The notes beneath the pieces were generated by a model. That model made no database searches. It was not told the origin of the DNA and saw only the letters and a program-made list of their open reading frames with translations. A stretch of 64,000 nt of DNA from Selaginella moellendorffii. Lineage: Eukaryota; Plantae; Lycopodiophyta. Below are positions 1 through 13,753 of the stretch, one piece after another. Each line of letters starts with the position of its first letter. The first letter of the stretch is position 1. Where the stretch lies: positions 1,890,185 through 1,954,184 of the forward strand of contig NW_003314267.1 in the NCBI RefSeq assembly GCF_000143415.4, read 5' to 3'. A program made the translations under genes and the position numbers.

Positions 1-323
1 CCTTAGTCATGAACAACTTTAAAATTATATATTTGAATCTTTAGAGCATATTGCAACAACCCAAGTTCTTCTATAATCACCCTTTAACAATATCTAACAA
101 CAATGCAAGTATGTATGAAACTTCTTGAAACCCCAAATTACTTCTATACACTCTTCTATTGCAGAGTAGGTCACCTCCATTAATTGCAATATACAAAGAT
201 GAAAGATCAAGTGTAATTAGGATACATTAAAATTGAAGGAGTCGTCAACACTTCTTTAAGATCCACAAAGGCTTATACGGAATCTTTAGATTAAACAAAA
301 GACAATGTTGATAACTTCAACCA

Positions 324-495
324 TGTATAAAAAACTAAAGAGACAACTCAAGAGATGATCTATTGGGGTTTAAATATAAAGAAAAAAAGCCTATGAATAA
401 GAGTTTAAAGATTTTGGGATACTTGGGTTTTAACATCCTTGAGTTTGAGTAATATTAAGCTGGATGACCTCTCAGGAAGTCCAAGTTTAGAAGCT
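324..495 (+). mobile_element. Degenerate Cassandra-like (5S rRNA-related) TRIM LTR
   Basis: Same ~200-bp unit as 50637-50843; contains decayed 5S-like ttaacatccttgagtttgagtaatattaagctggatgacctctcaggaagtcc. Confidence 0.55.
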
Positions 496-774
496 CTAGC
501 TAAAGTTAACTTAAGGGTAAAGTATCAAGAGAGTAAAATTTGAACTAAGATATTGCACATTTTCAAAGAAGTGTTGTATATTGTACTTTGGAGTAGGGTA
601 CTTTGGAAGATGATGAAGAATTTATATATACCAAATGGTGTATGGAAAGCAATTTTGAGAATATCCTCCTCAGCTATCAACACTTGCCAAGACCCAAAAG
701 TAAGATTTAATTTAGAATTCTTCTAAAATAATCCTCAGTACCTAAAAGCAAGATTCAACTTAATGAACTAATGA

Positions 775-1288
775 TGTAAACTTATAAATTTGGATTTCTT
801 AGGAAGTCATTCATTCTAGTACTATTAAAACCCAAGGACATTTAACCCCAAGTATACTAATATCCTCAACTAATTGGAAAAAGAGGTACACTCTTATTTA
901 TGGGCATTTTCCCTTTATATTTAAACCCCTATGGATCATCTCTCAAGTCATTTTCTTTGGTTGCTTATAAATGACTTCTCTCAAAATAATCAGTAGTTTG
1001 AGGAAGAGTGTACATATTCAGGATAATCAAGTTTAATGGACAATAGTCAATGTAGAATTGAATATTCCTATTAGGTTTCATTACATGATAGCTTTCCTTT
1101 TCCAACATTTTGTAAACTCTTGAATTTAGATTTCCCAAAAGATCACCCAACCCAGTACTATTCAAACTCAAGTATCCTAAGACATTTAACTGATTGGAAA
1201 AAGGCATGCACTTTTGTTTATGAGCCCTTTTCTTTTATATTTGAACTCATATAAATTATCTCTTGAGTCATTCTTTTTGGTTATTTAC
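775..1288 (-). mobile_element. Two inverted degenerate Cassandra-like LTR copies (about 775-969 and 1111-1288)
   Basis: Reverse complements match the same unit, e.g. gatcacccaacccagtactattcaaac reads gtttgaatagtactgggttgggtgatc (5S box C region); TG/CA-like ends. Confidence 0.55.
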
Positions 1289-1513
1289 ACATCTCTTTGA
1301 CATTTTTATATAAAATCTTGATCTTCTTTGGTGATTGATACTAAATTGGAACCATTCGACAAGCAAACCCAGTTGGAATAAGATGGTATGTTGCTATTTT
1401 AGCCCCAAATGACAAATTAAAGTCAAAGAGATCAATATACTCTTTCTTGAGCTAGTCAATTGCCACAACACAAAGATTGTATAAAGGATTTAGAGAGTAC
1501 AAAGGAAATACAA

Positions 1514-2981
1514 TGTAAGACACAAATCCCTAAGCCCCAAAGTGGAGCCAAAAGTGTGTCATATGGTAATGGTCGAAATAGAAGTCCAATGAGCATAACA
1601 CATTAGGACCAAAAGCTCCAACCCAAAAAGGCAAGAGTGGGAGTGAAACTCTAAACGAAGTGCTCGAGGAATGAGCATGAAGTAATTGATGAATGAGTCT
1701 CTAGAAAGGGACACAAGAAGGACAGACACATGGCAAGTGTTGGGACCAAGTTTGAGAAGGAGTCTAAAAAGGAGTTTGAGATGGAGTCCAAAATAGAGTT
1801 CGAGAAGGCATTTAAAAAGGAGTTTGAGATGGAGACCAAGACCAAGACCAAGACTGGGACCGAAACCAAGACTAAGACCAGGACCAAGACCGGGACCGAA
1901 ATCAATCAAGACTGAGTCCATGATCAAGACTAAGTTTGAGTTTGAGACTAAATTCGAGTCCAAGGATGAGGGTGAAAGCCCAAAGTGATTGTCTCGCAAA
2001 CCTTGAAAGGTTTAGTGAGCTCCAAAAGGATAGTAGGGGTAAAGGCATGCACTCTTGTTTCAGACTCTGCTGTCAGACTCTTGTGGAATTAGTTTGATCA
2101 AGAAAGACTAGTGTGACCAAGGAAGGCTATATACCCATATGGTGGGTGATGATATAACCATTAAGGAGTTCAATGTTAGGGTGAACATGGATAGACAAGT
2201 GAGATAACTTAGTGAAGTGTTCCAGGGTTGGCTTTAGCTCCCCTAGGAGATCAAATAGTCGATGCTCCCAATGTAAGTATGGGTGGCACTAACTACTTGG
2301 ATACCTGGTGTGGCTCATTAGAACCTCACTCTAGCCATATGGCTAAGGCACCCAAGGGCAGAAGGTGGGGAGAGTACCCATGAGGCTTGCATTGGGCTAT
2401 GGTGTTTTGAAATATTACCCTAAAGTCCTGGATTGTGGAAAAGAAGAGTAGTCTTTTTGCATAGTGACCAAGGACACGTGGCAAGGAAGTTCTAGAGATC
2501 AATAAGACTTAGTGGTCGGGCCTTTGGGCCCTAACCTAGTGGCAGTGTTAGTGAGCACAGTCATGGACGGAAAGGGACTTAATAGGGACCGAAAAAAGGA
2601 TATTGAGGAAGGGTGTTCTCTATGTCTCCAGGCATTCTAAGAATGTTAAGATGTGGTCATAGGATAACCACTCATGGATAAATGGCCTAGTTTTTGGGAG
2701 ACAAGACTATGGTATAGGTGGTTTTGGACTACTCACGAAACAAAGGTAAATGGATATAGCTTTAGTGTAACAGATTAATATGTCAGTGGTATCTTTGGGT
2801 GTCTATCGTGGGATTGGACATGTGGAGCACTTGGACAAAGTGCAAAGGCTAAGGGGCATAAATGCCATTCACGGGGTTAACATGTCCTTAAGTCGGGACA
2901 AAGGTTATAAATGAGACTCCTCCAAGTGGTCAAAAGTATAATTAAGTGACTAAAGTAGAATGGAAAATTTAGTTGCTTATA
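1514..2981 (+). repeat. 5' LTR of family-A element
   Basis: Aligns by eye end to end with 6906-8357. Confidence 0.85.
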
Positions 2982-5900
2982 ACTTGGTATCCTTAGTCTA
3001 ACTCTTATTGGTAGTCAAGTATATCACCACTTGATATTGGCATCAGAATGTCCTAAGAGTGGGTTTATCCTTGAGGAGTAGTATGTCAAGACTCTCCACT
3101 TGAGTACGTACATGAATATGTAAGTAATATGGTGGATAGAAAGGGGCCAATAAGGGAATGACTTTGGGATTTTGAGAACAATGGAAGGTTTTTCTCAGAA
3201 AGTCGAGGATGTAATCCATATAAATATTTGACTTAGCAAATTAGTTAATATGGTTGTGGTAAACAACTATAGTTAGGATTACAGAAAAGATAAACAGTCC
3301 GAAATAATAAAGAAGTCATAGAAGTATCCTTATATAATTGAGGATGGTGCTCATAAATTTGAGACTAGAGTTAATGACTGTGAGAGGTCAAATATGGATA
3401 AGGATATATGCTTTTGGTAGCTAGGGCTACCTTTAATAAAGATCAGAATCACTTAAGGAATTGGGGGGTGTACTCAAAGGATGAATTAGTATTCTTATCA
3501 TATGGAAAGATAGTTTTAATATGCAAAAGTAATTTATGTAGAATAAAGGATAATCAAGTATTGGAGTAATACTTGCAAAAATGGTCATTATGAATATAAA
3601 AAGTTGTGTTTAAATGTGATGGCACCTCAAAGGAAGCTAGGAGGCTAGGACATTACAGGATGTTGAATTAATAAAGTCCAAAAGCCAAATGACTTAGTAG
3701 AGTTAAAGGATAGCCTTTAAGACTTAGAGGCATCTCATTTGGATGGAAGTGTGTTATACCCTACGAATGATTAGGAGAATCATAAGATCCAAATATGAGA
3801 ATAATAAGTATCTTATTGTGGTAGAACATGCTATACTAAAGTTGTGGAAAAGTATTCATAGAAGAAAGCAACTTTAGCGAGGAGTTGTGTGTGAATACTG
3901 TGTTGTAGTGTTAATCAATAGTTGGCATAAGAAACAATTACAATTGTCTTAATAAAAACTTAGATATAAGTGGGAAGTGTTATGAGGGTAGGCTTATAAA
4001 ACCACTGGTGTGGAGATACCAAATGTTCCAAAGTGTGATACTTTGAGGTTAAAGTTGGTTGGTTTTATAAGAACCTTTTGCCAAAGGAATCTCAATGGGA
4101 TTAGTATAGCCTAAGCTAGAAGGTATATAATTCAAGTGCATTGACCTAAATAATAATAGAAGTGTGGAATCATTAACAATGAGTTATAGGACTTGACAAC
4201 TATGAGATAACTAAGCAAAAGGTGCAATATAATTGATTGGATTGGTGGAAGTTAACCTCCCAAGACTTTTTATTAGGTAAGGAAGTTAAATATCCCTTAA
4301 GGGATAAATTACTTATATTGTTATATAGTGAGTTAATGTTGTAAAAGGAAATACTCATTATCAAAGAAGGCCATTATTGGGATATCTAAACACTCTAAAA
4401 CACTAGAAAGTGGTGTTTGGTATAAGGAGGGCATTAGATAAGACCTAATAGACTACATCCTTAATGAATAATAAATAGAAGATATTATCCAATGTCTAAG
4501 GTTGTGGAAACGAGAGAAATCCATCTATTTGAATTGGATAAAGCCAAAAGGATTTTGGCAAGGCTAGTGATGGGCATGCAAAGGCCCATGAGTAACAATG
4601 TTAATCCTAGTATATGGGATTACAAGTTGAGCATATCTGGATTGAAGAACTACTCTCTAAATTATTGAATAAATTCATTCCTAAAAATACTTACTAAGGC
4701 ATGGTAAAAAGTGCAAAGTTATCATTTTAGCCTGGAGGAGAATAACCGAAGGGAATGTGTAAAGCCAAGAGCAAGTAATAAAAGGATAGTACTAAATTAT
4801 AGGAATCAAAAAGCATAGCCAAAAGTGATTATACAAGTTGGGAGTGGAAAATCAAGTGAGTGCTTAAAGGTGTTGCTATTAACAACTATGGTGCTATAAA
4901 GAGTCTAAAGTATGGAATTGCCTATGTTAGATCATATGGTAGTTAGAAAATTTGCAAAAGGAGAAGCCTTAGCAAGTTAAGGGACAAAATCCCTTCTATA
5001 TTTCTGAAAGCAATTCTACGGAGGTTAGTACCTAGAAACACAAGTAATAAATAGTTCATAGGAATATGCAAAATTAGAGTGGTATAGCAAAAGTGTGGGC
5101 TTGAAACTTGCCATGAGGTGAAACTAGCAAGATTGGGGAAATAGTTCCCAAATGTTCAAATAAATAGCTTTGAATGAAAGTTGATATTTGAGGACTTTCA
5201 CGCTTATGTATAGAATTATATTATGTTGATTAGGTGACCTGCTAAGCAAGATTACCAAGTCAGAGGAATAAAGATCCTAGCTGAAGGTGATAATTTCAAG
5301 AGGGTGCTCTATGGAGCCAAACATAGAAGAGTCCATACATAGAAGTTTGGAGGAATTAAGTTCCTAAGCTACGATCCATAGTGTGTGTTGGATATAAATT
5401 GGTGCATCAGTGTGGGGAGTCATGCTAGACATTTTAAGTGATATCGTCCATAGATGTATATATGAAAGTTGGGTTTGGGTTTGAGTCTCATTCCACTAGG
5501 GCATGGTGATGGTTTAGAATATGAGGATACTCATGTTTTGATAGTCATGGACTTTCAGTAAGGAGGTTGGCTTGGGCACATTGTCAAAGGAGGGATGCCC
5601 TAGAGTTATGATGCACAGTTTAAATGTTTAGTGTGAAAGCTCGGTATATCTAACTTGAACACTTTGGTGCAAGTAGCACCAAGGACGGGTGAATGACATG
5701 GGGAGACTCAATTTCAATTGCTATGGACTTTTGGCCGGAAGAACTAGCTTGGGCACAAACCTAATACTTGGTAGCATGTTAATGTGTCAATATGAGATCA
5801 CTAAGTGATCCTATGGCTAAACAAAGATAATCTCCTTGTTAGGTTAAGAAATAAGCTTACTAGTTCAAAGTGTTGATTTGAACTGTTGATAATGGTGTGA

Positions 5901-6905
5901 CTTGGTTAAAGTGACCAAATGGGAAAGACACTTAGGTGAAATAAATTATGAAATATAATGGTATTATAAGTCTAAGAAAAATAGTCTCTAAAGAAGAACC
6001 TAAAGAAGGGTCACAAGATTAGCTCAGGATAAAACCCACAACAAAAAATGCTAAAGAGATTTACTAGAAATGAAAAACTATTGAAGTTGGCAAAATAAAG
6101 CTTTTGCTTTGGAACCAAAAGAATACCTCAAGGATGGAGGTAATGATCTTATATTATTTGGTGTAATAATTAAATGATAGAAGCAAAAGACTAATGGTTG
6201 AGAATAGGCCCTGAAAACTATTGGAAAGAATCCAAATGATAAATTAAGCAAGGAACCACTAAGTGGATGATAATGGATTGTGGGAAAGGAAATATATTTT
6301 CAATAATGGGATTCCCAAATGCTCTAATTTAGCAAAAGTGAAAGCTTTAAAAAAGATAGAGTGGCAAATTAGCTAAATGATAGAGCCATGGATAGCTCTA
6401 GCATGAATTATAAATAAGTGAAACTTTGTGTTAAGGGTGGCACAAAATAAAAGAGAGGATGATGATGCTCTCAAGCAAAGAACTTCCTAGGATGAGGAAG
6501 TGGAGTTTGCATAAATGGTGCAATACAAAATGTCAAACACACCTAGGAAATTGATTTGAGATGTCAATATTAAAGTTCTAGAGTGCAATGGTTATGTTGG
6601 TAAAAGTTAAGACTACTCCGAAATGAATAATAAGATTGAGATAAAGAAAGTGTCTTCAATAAGTTTAGTGAGAGCTAAACAAAAAAAAAAGAAAAAAAAC
6701 CAACACAAGTGATCTTATGAGTTTCTAAGATGGAGAGACTATACTCTTTCAAGAACAAGCAAGGTATGGTGAGTTTTCAGTAGCAAACCCTTAATAAATA
6801 TTGGTTTAGTGTTAAGGATGAAAATAATAATCCATGATAAGGTTACTTTATAAAATGGTTTATTGTTTGATGAGGACATTAAACTTTAACTGTGGGTGGT
6901 GGAGT

Positions 6906-8357
6906 TGTGAAACACAAATCCCTAAGCCCCAAAGTAGAGTTGAAAGTATGCCACATAGCAGTGGTCAAAATAGAAGTCCAACAAATGTAACACATTAGGA
7001 CCAAAAGTTCTAACTCGGAAAGATAAGAGCGAGAGTGAAACTTTGAATAAAGTGGCAATTGATGAATGAGTTTCTAGAAAGGGATATAAAAAGGATAGAT
7101 ACATGACAAGTGTCGTGAGACATAGAAGTCTCAGGACCAAGTTCGAGGAGTTCGAGAAAGAGTTTAAGATTGGAGTCTGAAATAGAATCCAAGATGGAGT
7201 CTAAGAAGGCATTTGAGAAGGAGTCCAAAATGGAATCTAAGATAGAGTCCGAGGTCAATTCCAAGGTGGGGACTAAGACTAAGACCAAGACCGAGACCAA
7301 AACTGAGACTGAGACCAAGATTATGATCAAGACTAAGTCCAAGTCTAAGATTAAGTTCAAGTCCAAGTCCAAAGGTGAAAGTCCAAAGCAATTTCTCCCA
7401 AACCCTAGGGTGTTTAGTGAGCATTGAAAGGATAGTAAGGAGAGGACTCTAGTGGAATTAGTTTGGTTAAGAAAGGTTAGTGTGACCAATGAAGGTTATA
7501 CCCACATGGTGGGTGATGGATAATATAACCACTAAGGAGTCCAAGGCTAAAGTGAACATGAATAGACAAATAAGGTAACTTAATGAAGTGTTCAAAAGCT
7601 TGCTTTAAGTCCCTTGGGAGATTGAAGAGTCAATGCTCCCAATCCAAGTATGGGTGGTATTACTTAGTTGGATACCTAATATGGCTCATTGAAACCTTGC
7701 TTTAGCCATATGGCTAAGGAACCCAAAGGCAAAAAATGGGGAGAGTACCCACAAGGCTCACATTGGGCCACAGTGTCATAAAGTTCTAGATTGTGGAAAA
7801 GTATAAGAGTAGTCCTCTTATGTAGTGACTAAGGATACAATCACGTGGAAGGAAGTCCTAGAGGTCAATAGGACTTAATGGTCAGGCCTTGGAGCCTTGA
7901 CCTAGTGGCAATATTGGCAAGCGCGGTTGTGGACAGAAAGGGATTTAGTGGGGACCAAAAAAGGAATATTGAAGAAAGGTGTTCCTTATGTCTTCGGGTA
8001 TCTTAAGGATGTTAAGGTATAATCATGGGATGATCACTCATGAACAAATGGCCCAATCTTTGGGAGATAAGACTATGGTATAGGTGGTTTTGGATTACCC
8101 ATAAAATAAAAGTGAATGGATATACCCTTAGTGTAATAAGTTGATATGTTAGTGGTATCTTTGGGTGTCTATCGTGGGATCAGACATATGGATCACTTGG
8201 ACCAAGTGCAAATGTTGAAAAGCATAGATGCCATTCATGAGATTAGCATATCCCCAAGTCAAAAATAAAATTTATGGAGGTTGTGAGTAAGACTTCTTCA
8301 AGTGGTCAAAAGTGTGGTTAAGTGACTAAAGTAGAATAGAAAATTTAGTCACTTATA
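6906..8357 (+). repeat. 3' LTR of family-A element
   Basis: Aligns with 1514-2981. Confidence 0.85.
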
Positions 8358-9924
8358 TATAATAAGAAGCAACAAGAAGATAGAAGTGATAAAAGCAGTG
8401 ATAAAAGCAAGGGGATGAAATGGAACAAAAGTGAAAGGAATGGGAGTATAAGATAAGGGGAAAAAGCTTTAAATTAACAATTGGTATGATTGTATTATAA
8501 TTAATCCATTCAAAATCTTGACTCGTACTACTTGTAATGATTAAAGCTGAAGATCAAGATCACCCACATGCATAGTTAACTCTACCTTATCCTACACACA
8601 TGAATGTCTATGACTATTATTATATAGAATGAAGATTGGCTCTACTATATGATACAATTGTAAACAACATGTGATAATAGACTAAAGAATAAAAAATAAA
8701 CTCAAATTTTTATCAACCAATATAAAGAATAACAAAAGACCTCTTATTACAAAATCAAGCATTGAAAGTGAACACTAGATAACCTTATGTGAAATGAACC
8801 CTTTGATGATACTCTTAAAAGAAAGATGATGAAAAGATTACTGACTTTTTTGTAGAAGAACCCTTCACTACTCAAATATAACGTATGTGATCATAGAATG
8901 AGATTTGGATATACTGTCACTGTGGATCCTTAGAACCTTGGGGGATAAATAGGGATAAATAGCCACTAAGGGCTCTCTCATAAAGCAATTAACCCTTTTC
9001 TACTTAACTTAAGGGGAGAAAAATAAAGTGCACTACATCAAACAACTTTTCAATTCCTAACAAAATCTCTATATCAAGACTTTCCACTATAGCAACATCA
9101 ATAAAACATTGTTGATACTAAAACATCTACCTAAGAAATTGAGGACACTAGGAGCAAAAGCAGGAAGAGCTACACTATATGCCATGAATGCCATTATCAA
9201 CTGAGTTGAATTGTTCAATTGTAATTGCATAACATTAAGCAACTATGCTCTAGAGTTAAAGGAGAATAAAGCTACTGGAAATGAGAAGTATGCTACTTCA
9301 CCATGAAGATGAACTAAACAAAGAAGAAAAGCTAAAGAAAAGAAATGGAAAAACTAAAAAAAAAAAAAGTTTTAGATACTATAAAAGCTAAATTTAAATT
9401 AAAAGCACAAACCTAAACATATTTCAAAGACAATCAAAGTTGCCCTTAGCTTCCACCAATAATGTAAGTGTATGCAATATTTGATTATTTTGAAAACCAT
9501 AGTTTATATATAAGAGTGAGTGGTCTAGATTTAAACTAATCTTATTGCTATTAAAATTCCATTGTGCTAATAATACTATACAGAATTATAGCTATACATT
9601 TGTACCTCACAAGATGAAGTTGATTTATTTCTGAAAATAAAAATTTATATATAATTTTTTATAAATTTTGTTAATACATGTATTATCCTGCCTAGGTAAT
9701 ACATTAATAATAGTAATATAGCATATGAACTTTCCATTTGGGATTGAATTTAGTCTATCCATTTTTATAGATAAATAAAGGTCTAAACCCCAATTAAGAT
9801 ATCTGTTCTCATATTCTGAGCACTCACATTAGTGGAGTTAAGCAATTTAACCCTGGAAAGCAAAGCCTATTAGCAATGCTTTACTATTGCAGATGTGACT
9901 GCAGGTATTGAAAGTTATCTATCG

Positions 9925-10403
9925 GCTAGTCCTTTTAGATATTCTTTTTTTACTGCCACGATGGCAAGAGGTTGGTATTGCTAGACCCTTTATCAATCCC
10001 TTTTATTCAAGTGTTAGTAAATTTGACTTAGCATTTGTATTTAGCCGAACAAGCATAAGAAAGGAATTCCTAAGTATCTATTTAGCCAAACATACTTGGC
10101 CCAGTTTGTTAATTCTCTTTTGCTTTATCTTGTATTGGCTTGACAAGAACCCCTATAATATTAAGATTGGTCCCTCAATATTTGCTAAATGATAGCTTAT
10201 TATGTCTGCCAAACACCTGCCCTTTGTGTTAGTCTTGTTTGGTCTTAATTGCTATGTATGTAAAGTGTTTAGATTTGTTAATTTGGCATATCTATGGAAT
10301 GTAGAGATTGTCTTAAATATAATAGTGTTGGTCCCATGTCCAAATTCGCAATCTAGTGTCATTCCATATTTAATATATTTCAAACTTGTCCCAAAAACTA
10401 ACT
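9925..10403. repeat. Dispersed degenerate repeat; continues at about 12370-12824, with an uninterrupted copy at about 23345-24402
   Basis: Shared blocks such as ccctttatcaatcccttt, tatttagccaaacata and ggataaagggtgaaaacca occur at both loci. Confidence 0.7.
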
Positions 10404-12370
10404 TGTAAGCGAGTAAGTTTTTCACTCTATTTTAGTCATTTCACTACACCTTCAACCACTTGGAGGAGTCTCACTTACAACCTCCATAAGTCCTATTCCA
10501 GACTCGGGGCTTGTTAGCCCCAAGAATGGCATCCATGCCACTCAACCTTTGCACTTGGTTCAAGTGCTCCATGTGTCCAATCCTATGACCGACACCTAAA
10601 GGTACCATTGACATATCAATCTGTTACACTAAAGCCATGTCCATTCACCTTTGTCACATGAATGATCAAACACCACCTACATTATAGTTTTGTCTCTCAA
10701 AGACTGAGCCATCCATCTATGAGTGATCATCCCAAATCCACTCCTTAGCATCTTTAGGATGCCCGCAAACATAAGGAATAGCTTTCCCCAATATCCCCTT
10801 TTCAATCCCACCAAGTCCCTTTCTGTCCATAACTATGTTCACCAACATTGCCATTGGGTCAAGGCCCACTAGCCCAACCACTAAATCCCATTGTCCTTTG
10901 GGACTTCTTCATCATGTGACTGTATCCTTGGTCATTACACCAGAGGACTACCCTTCTTCCGTTCCACAATTTGAGACTTTGGAACAACATCTTAGAACAC
11001 CATAGCCCTACATGAGTCTCATGGGTACTCTCCTCACTTTCCGCCTTTATATGCTCTAGCCATAAGGCTAGAGCGAGGTTCCGTTGAGCCATGCCAAGTT
11101 TCCAAGTAGGTAGTGCCCCCCATGCTTAGACTAGGAGCATCGCCCTTTGGATTTTTCAGAGGAAAAAGAGCCGGCTTTTGAACCCTTCCCCAAGTTCCCC
11201 TGTTTGTCTTTCCAAATTCCCTTTAGTTTTGGACTTTTCAAGGGAAATATCATCCCCTAGCACAGGGGCATAGCCTTCCTAGGTCACCCTAACCTTTCCG
11301 GGCTCCACTAGGGTCCAACCCCCACACTCTCCCTAAAATACTTTTGGAACCCCTTGAAGCCCCCCCCCCCCCCCCCCTCCAGGGGATGATCGCTTTGGGC
11401 TTTCAGCCAACAGCCTATGTTAGTATTTGGACTTGGACTCAGACTCAGTCTTGGTCTCAGTCTCAATTTCAAACTCAGACTCGGTCTCAGTCTTGATCTC
11501 AGTTTCAGACTTGGTCTTGGTCCCGATCTCAATTTCATAACTCGAACTCAGTCTCGGTCTCGAACTCCATCTCAAACTCCATCTCGGACTCCATTTCGGA
11601 CTCCATTTCGGGTCTATCTCAAACTCCTTCTCGAACTCAATCTCAGTTCCATCTCAAACTCCATCTTGAGTCCATCTCGAACTCCATCTCAGGTCCATCT
11701 CAAGTCCATCTCAGACTCCATTTTGGGTCCATCTCGGACTCCATCTCAAGTCCATCTCAGACTCCATCTCGGACTCCATCTCAGGTCCATCTTGGACTCC
11801 ATCTCAAGTCCATCTTGGACTCCATCTCAGGTCCATCTTGGACTCCATCTCAAACTCTATTTCGGGTCCATCTTAGACTCCATCTCAAGTCCATCTCAGA
11901 CTCCATCTCGGACTCCATCTCGGGTCCATCTCAAACTCCATCTTGGGTCCATCTTAGACTCCATCTCGGACTCCATTTTGGGTCCATCTTGGACTCCATT
12001 TTGGGTTCATCTCGGACTCCATTTTGGGTCCATCTTGGACTCCATCTCGGACTCCATCTCGGACTCCATTTTGGGTCCATCTCGGACTCCATCTCAAGTC
12101 CATCTCAGACTCCATCTCAAACTCCATCTCGGGTCAGACTCTATTTCAGACTCTTCCATGTGTTATGTGTTGGTCCTCTTGCATCCCTTTTCTAAAGACT
12201 CACTTATTGCTTGCTTCGTGCTCATTCCTTGAGCACTTCGTTGGGATTTTCACTCCCACTCTCAACTTTCCAAGTCAAAGCTTTTAGTTCAAACATGTTA
12301 CTCTCGTTTGGCTTCTGCTTTAGCCATTACCACATGGCACCCTTTCGGCTCCAATTTTGGGGCTCTAGGT
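10404..12370 (-). mobile_element. Solo or truncated family-A-related LTR with an expanded internal tandem repeat
   Basis: Begins tgtaagcg (reverse complement of the LTR end) and is colinear in reverse with 1514-2981; interrupts the 9925-12824 repeat. Confidence 0.75.
11550..12150. repeat. 11/12-bp tandem array (ggactccatctc / gggtccatctc variants) inside LTR
   Basis: Directly visible tandem units over about 600 bp. Confidence 0.9.
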
Positions 12371-12824
12371 ATGGTTGACCAACTTAAGGTATAGTTTAGC
12401 TCTTATTTGCATGTCCATACCATATTAATTAGTGGAGTATTCATTTTTTGCATTAGGCCATCAATATGTTGAAATAATGCTAAATTTTGTTTAGCTCTGT
12501 TTTGCGTGCTAGTCCTAATATTGGGATTCTGCATACTTTAAGACTATTCTAAGTTGCTCCGTACTTTTGTCCATTTGCTCATTGAGCTATACACTTGGGA
12601 GTCACTTTATGCTTTAATTCCTTCGCTCCTTGATTCCATATTTAAGAGTTTGGCTCTATTCCTTCATTCAATGGTCTAGGGCTCTAAAACACAGGTTCCA
12701 CTCTGCTGTCCTTAGACACATGGTATGTGGCATGTGGCATATGACACATGGTACATAGACGGTTTAGATTTTACTTCATAGTTATCCTTTGGTAAACCAC
12801 AATAGGATAAAGGGTGAAAACCAT

Positions 12825-13753
12825 GATTCTTCAGGTCCATAACCCTTCTAGTTGACCAAATAGTAGAGTTTAGACCATGAGATCTTGGAATCAAGGATGT
12901 CCTGAACCTCATACTCAGACCCATCCTCGAGCTACATTGGTGGAAGCGGAAGAATGACCTAATTTGGAATAGGACTGGGAATATAAGGCTCAAGGAGATA
13001 AGAGTGAAAAATGGGGTGAATTTGATATGAGGAGGGAAGTGCAAGGTGATAAGTGACAGGATTAATGATGGCAGTGATAGGGAAAGGACCGAGGCATTTG
13101 AATTGAGTTTGGGATATGGCCTGGTGGTGGATATATTTCGCCTAAGGAGCCAGACTTTATCCCTAATATTGTAAGGGGGACAATCCTGACGATGGACATT
13201 GGCAAATGTTTTGTGAGATTCCTGAACATGATAGAGGTGGAAGGAGATAGATTTGTGGATTTTCTGGAGGTTGGAGACAAATGCCTCAGAGCGGGGATTT
13301 GAACGAGAGGATTTGGATGGAGAAGGAAGTGAAAGATTGAATCAGGGATTTCGGCCAGAGTTTGCAAAGAAGGGGGAAACTAGAAGAGAGGAGTGAACAA
13401 AGTTGTTATAGAAAAACTCAGCAAGGGGAAGGATATCAAACTAGTCATCTTGATGATAGTTGATGAAGCATCTCAAGAATTGTTCTAACATTTGAATCAT
13501 TCGCTCGGACTATCCATCAATTTGAGGATGATACGCCAAAGAGAGGTTGGCCTTCACTTCAAGCAGCTGCAAAAACCATTGCCAGAAATGAGAGATGAAT
13601 TGAGGTCCCCGATCCGAAACCACATTTGCAGGAATCCCATGAAGTCAAAAAATTTCCCTGAATACCAGTTTTGCCATGTCCTCACTCGAAAGCTCCTTGG
13701 TACACGGTAGGAAGTGTGCCATCTTTGTGAAGTGATCCACCATGACTAAAATG
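12825..13753 (-). mobile_element. Host chromovirus remnant: integrase to chromodomain
   Basis: Minus-strand translation gives ILVMVDHFTKMAHF, LAYHPQIDG*SERM and the chromodomain ILDSKISWSKLYYLVN*KGYGPEESW. Confidence 0.8.

Larger units (their letters stand above)
1514..8357 (+). mobile_element. Old full-length Ty3/gypsy LTR retrotransposon (family A), internal ORFs destroyed
   Basis: Direct repeats 1514-2981 and 6906-8357 start TG and end in decayed CA (ttata). PBS-like ttggtatc follows the 5' LTR. G-rich tgtgggtggtggag precedes the 3' LTR. Flanks tacaa/tataa form a 5-bp TSD with one transition. Confidence 0.85.

Noticed and set aside
1559-1999. ORFs rich in ESK/TKT or GLGL (also 7010-7489, 11417-12232, 14543-14810, 20603-21201)
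   Set aside because: Products of 6/12-nt periodic LTR repeats, open in several frames; not genes.
4700-5100. Matching introns in the integrase of the old family-A element
   Set aside because: Sequence too degenerate; a GT..AG near 5025-5060 overlaps what looks like the FIG motif itself, so not supportable.
11550-12150. Regular repeat array that might suggest CRISPR
   Set aside because: Contiguous 11/12-mers with no unique spacers, inside a plant LTR, no cas genes.
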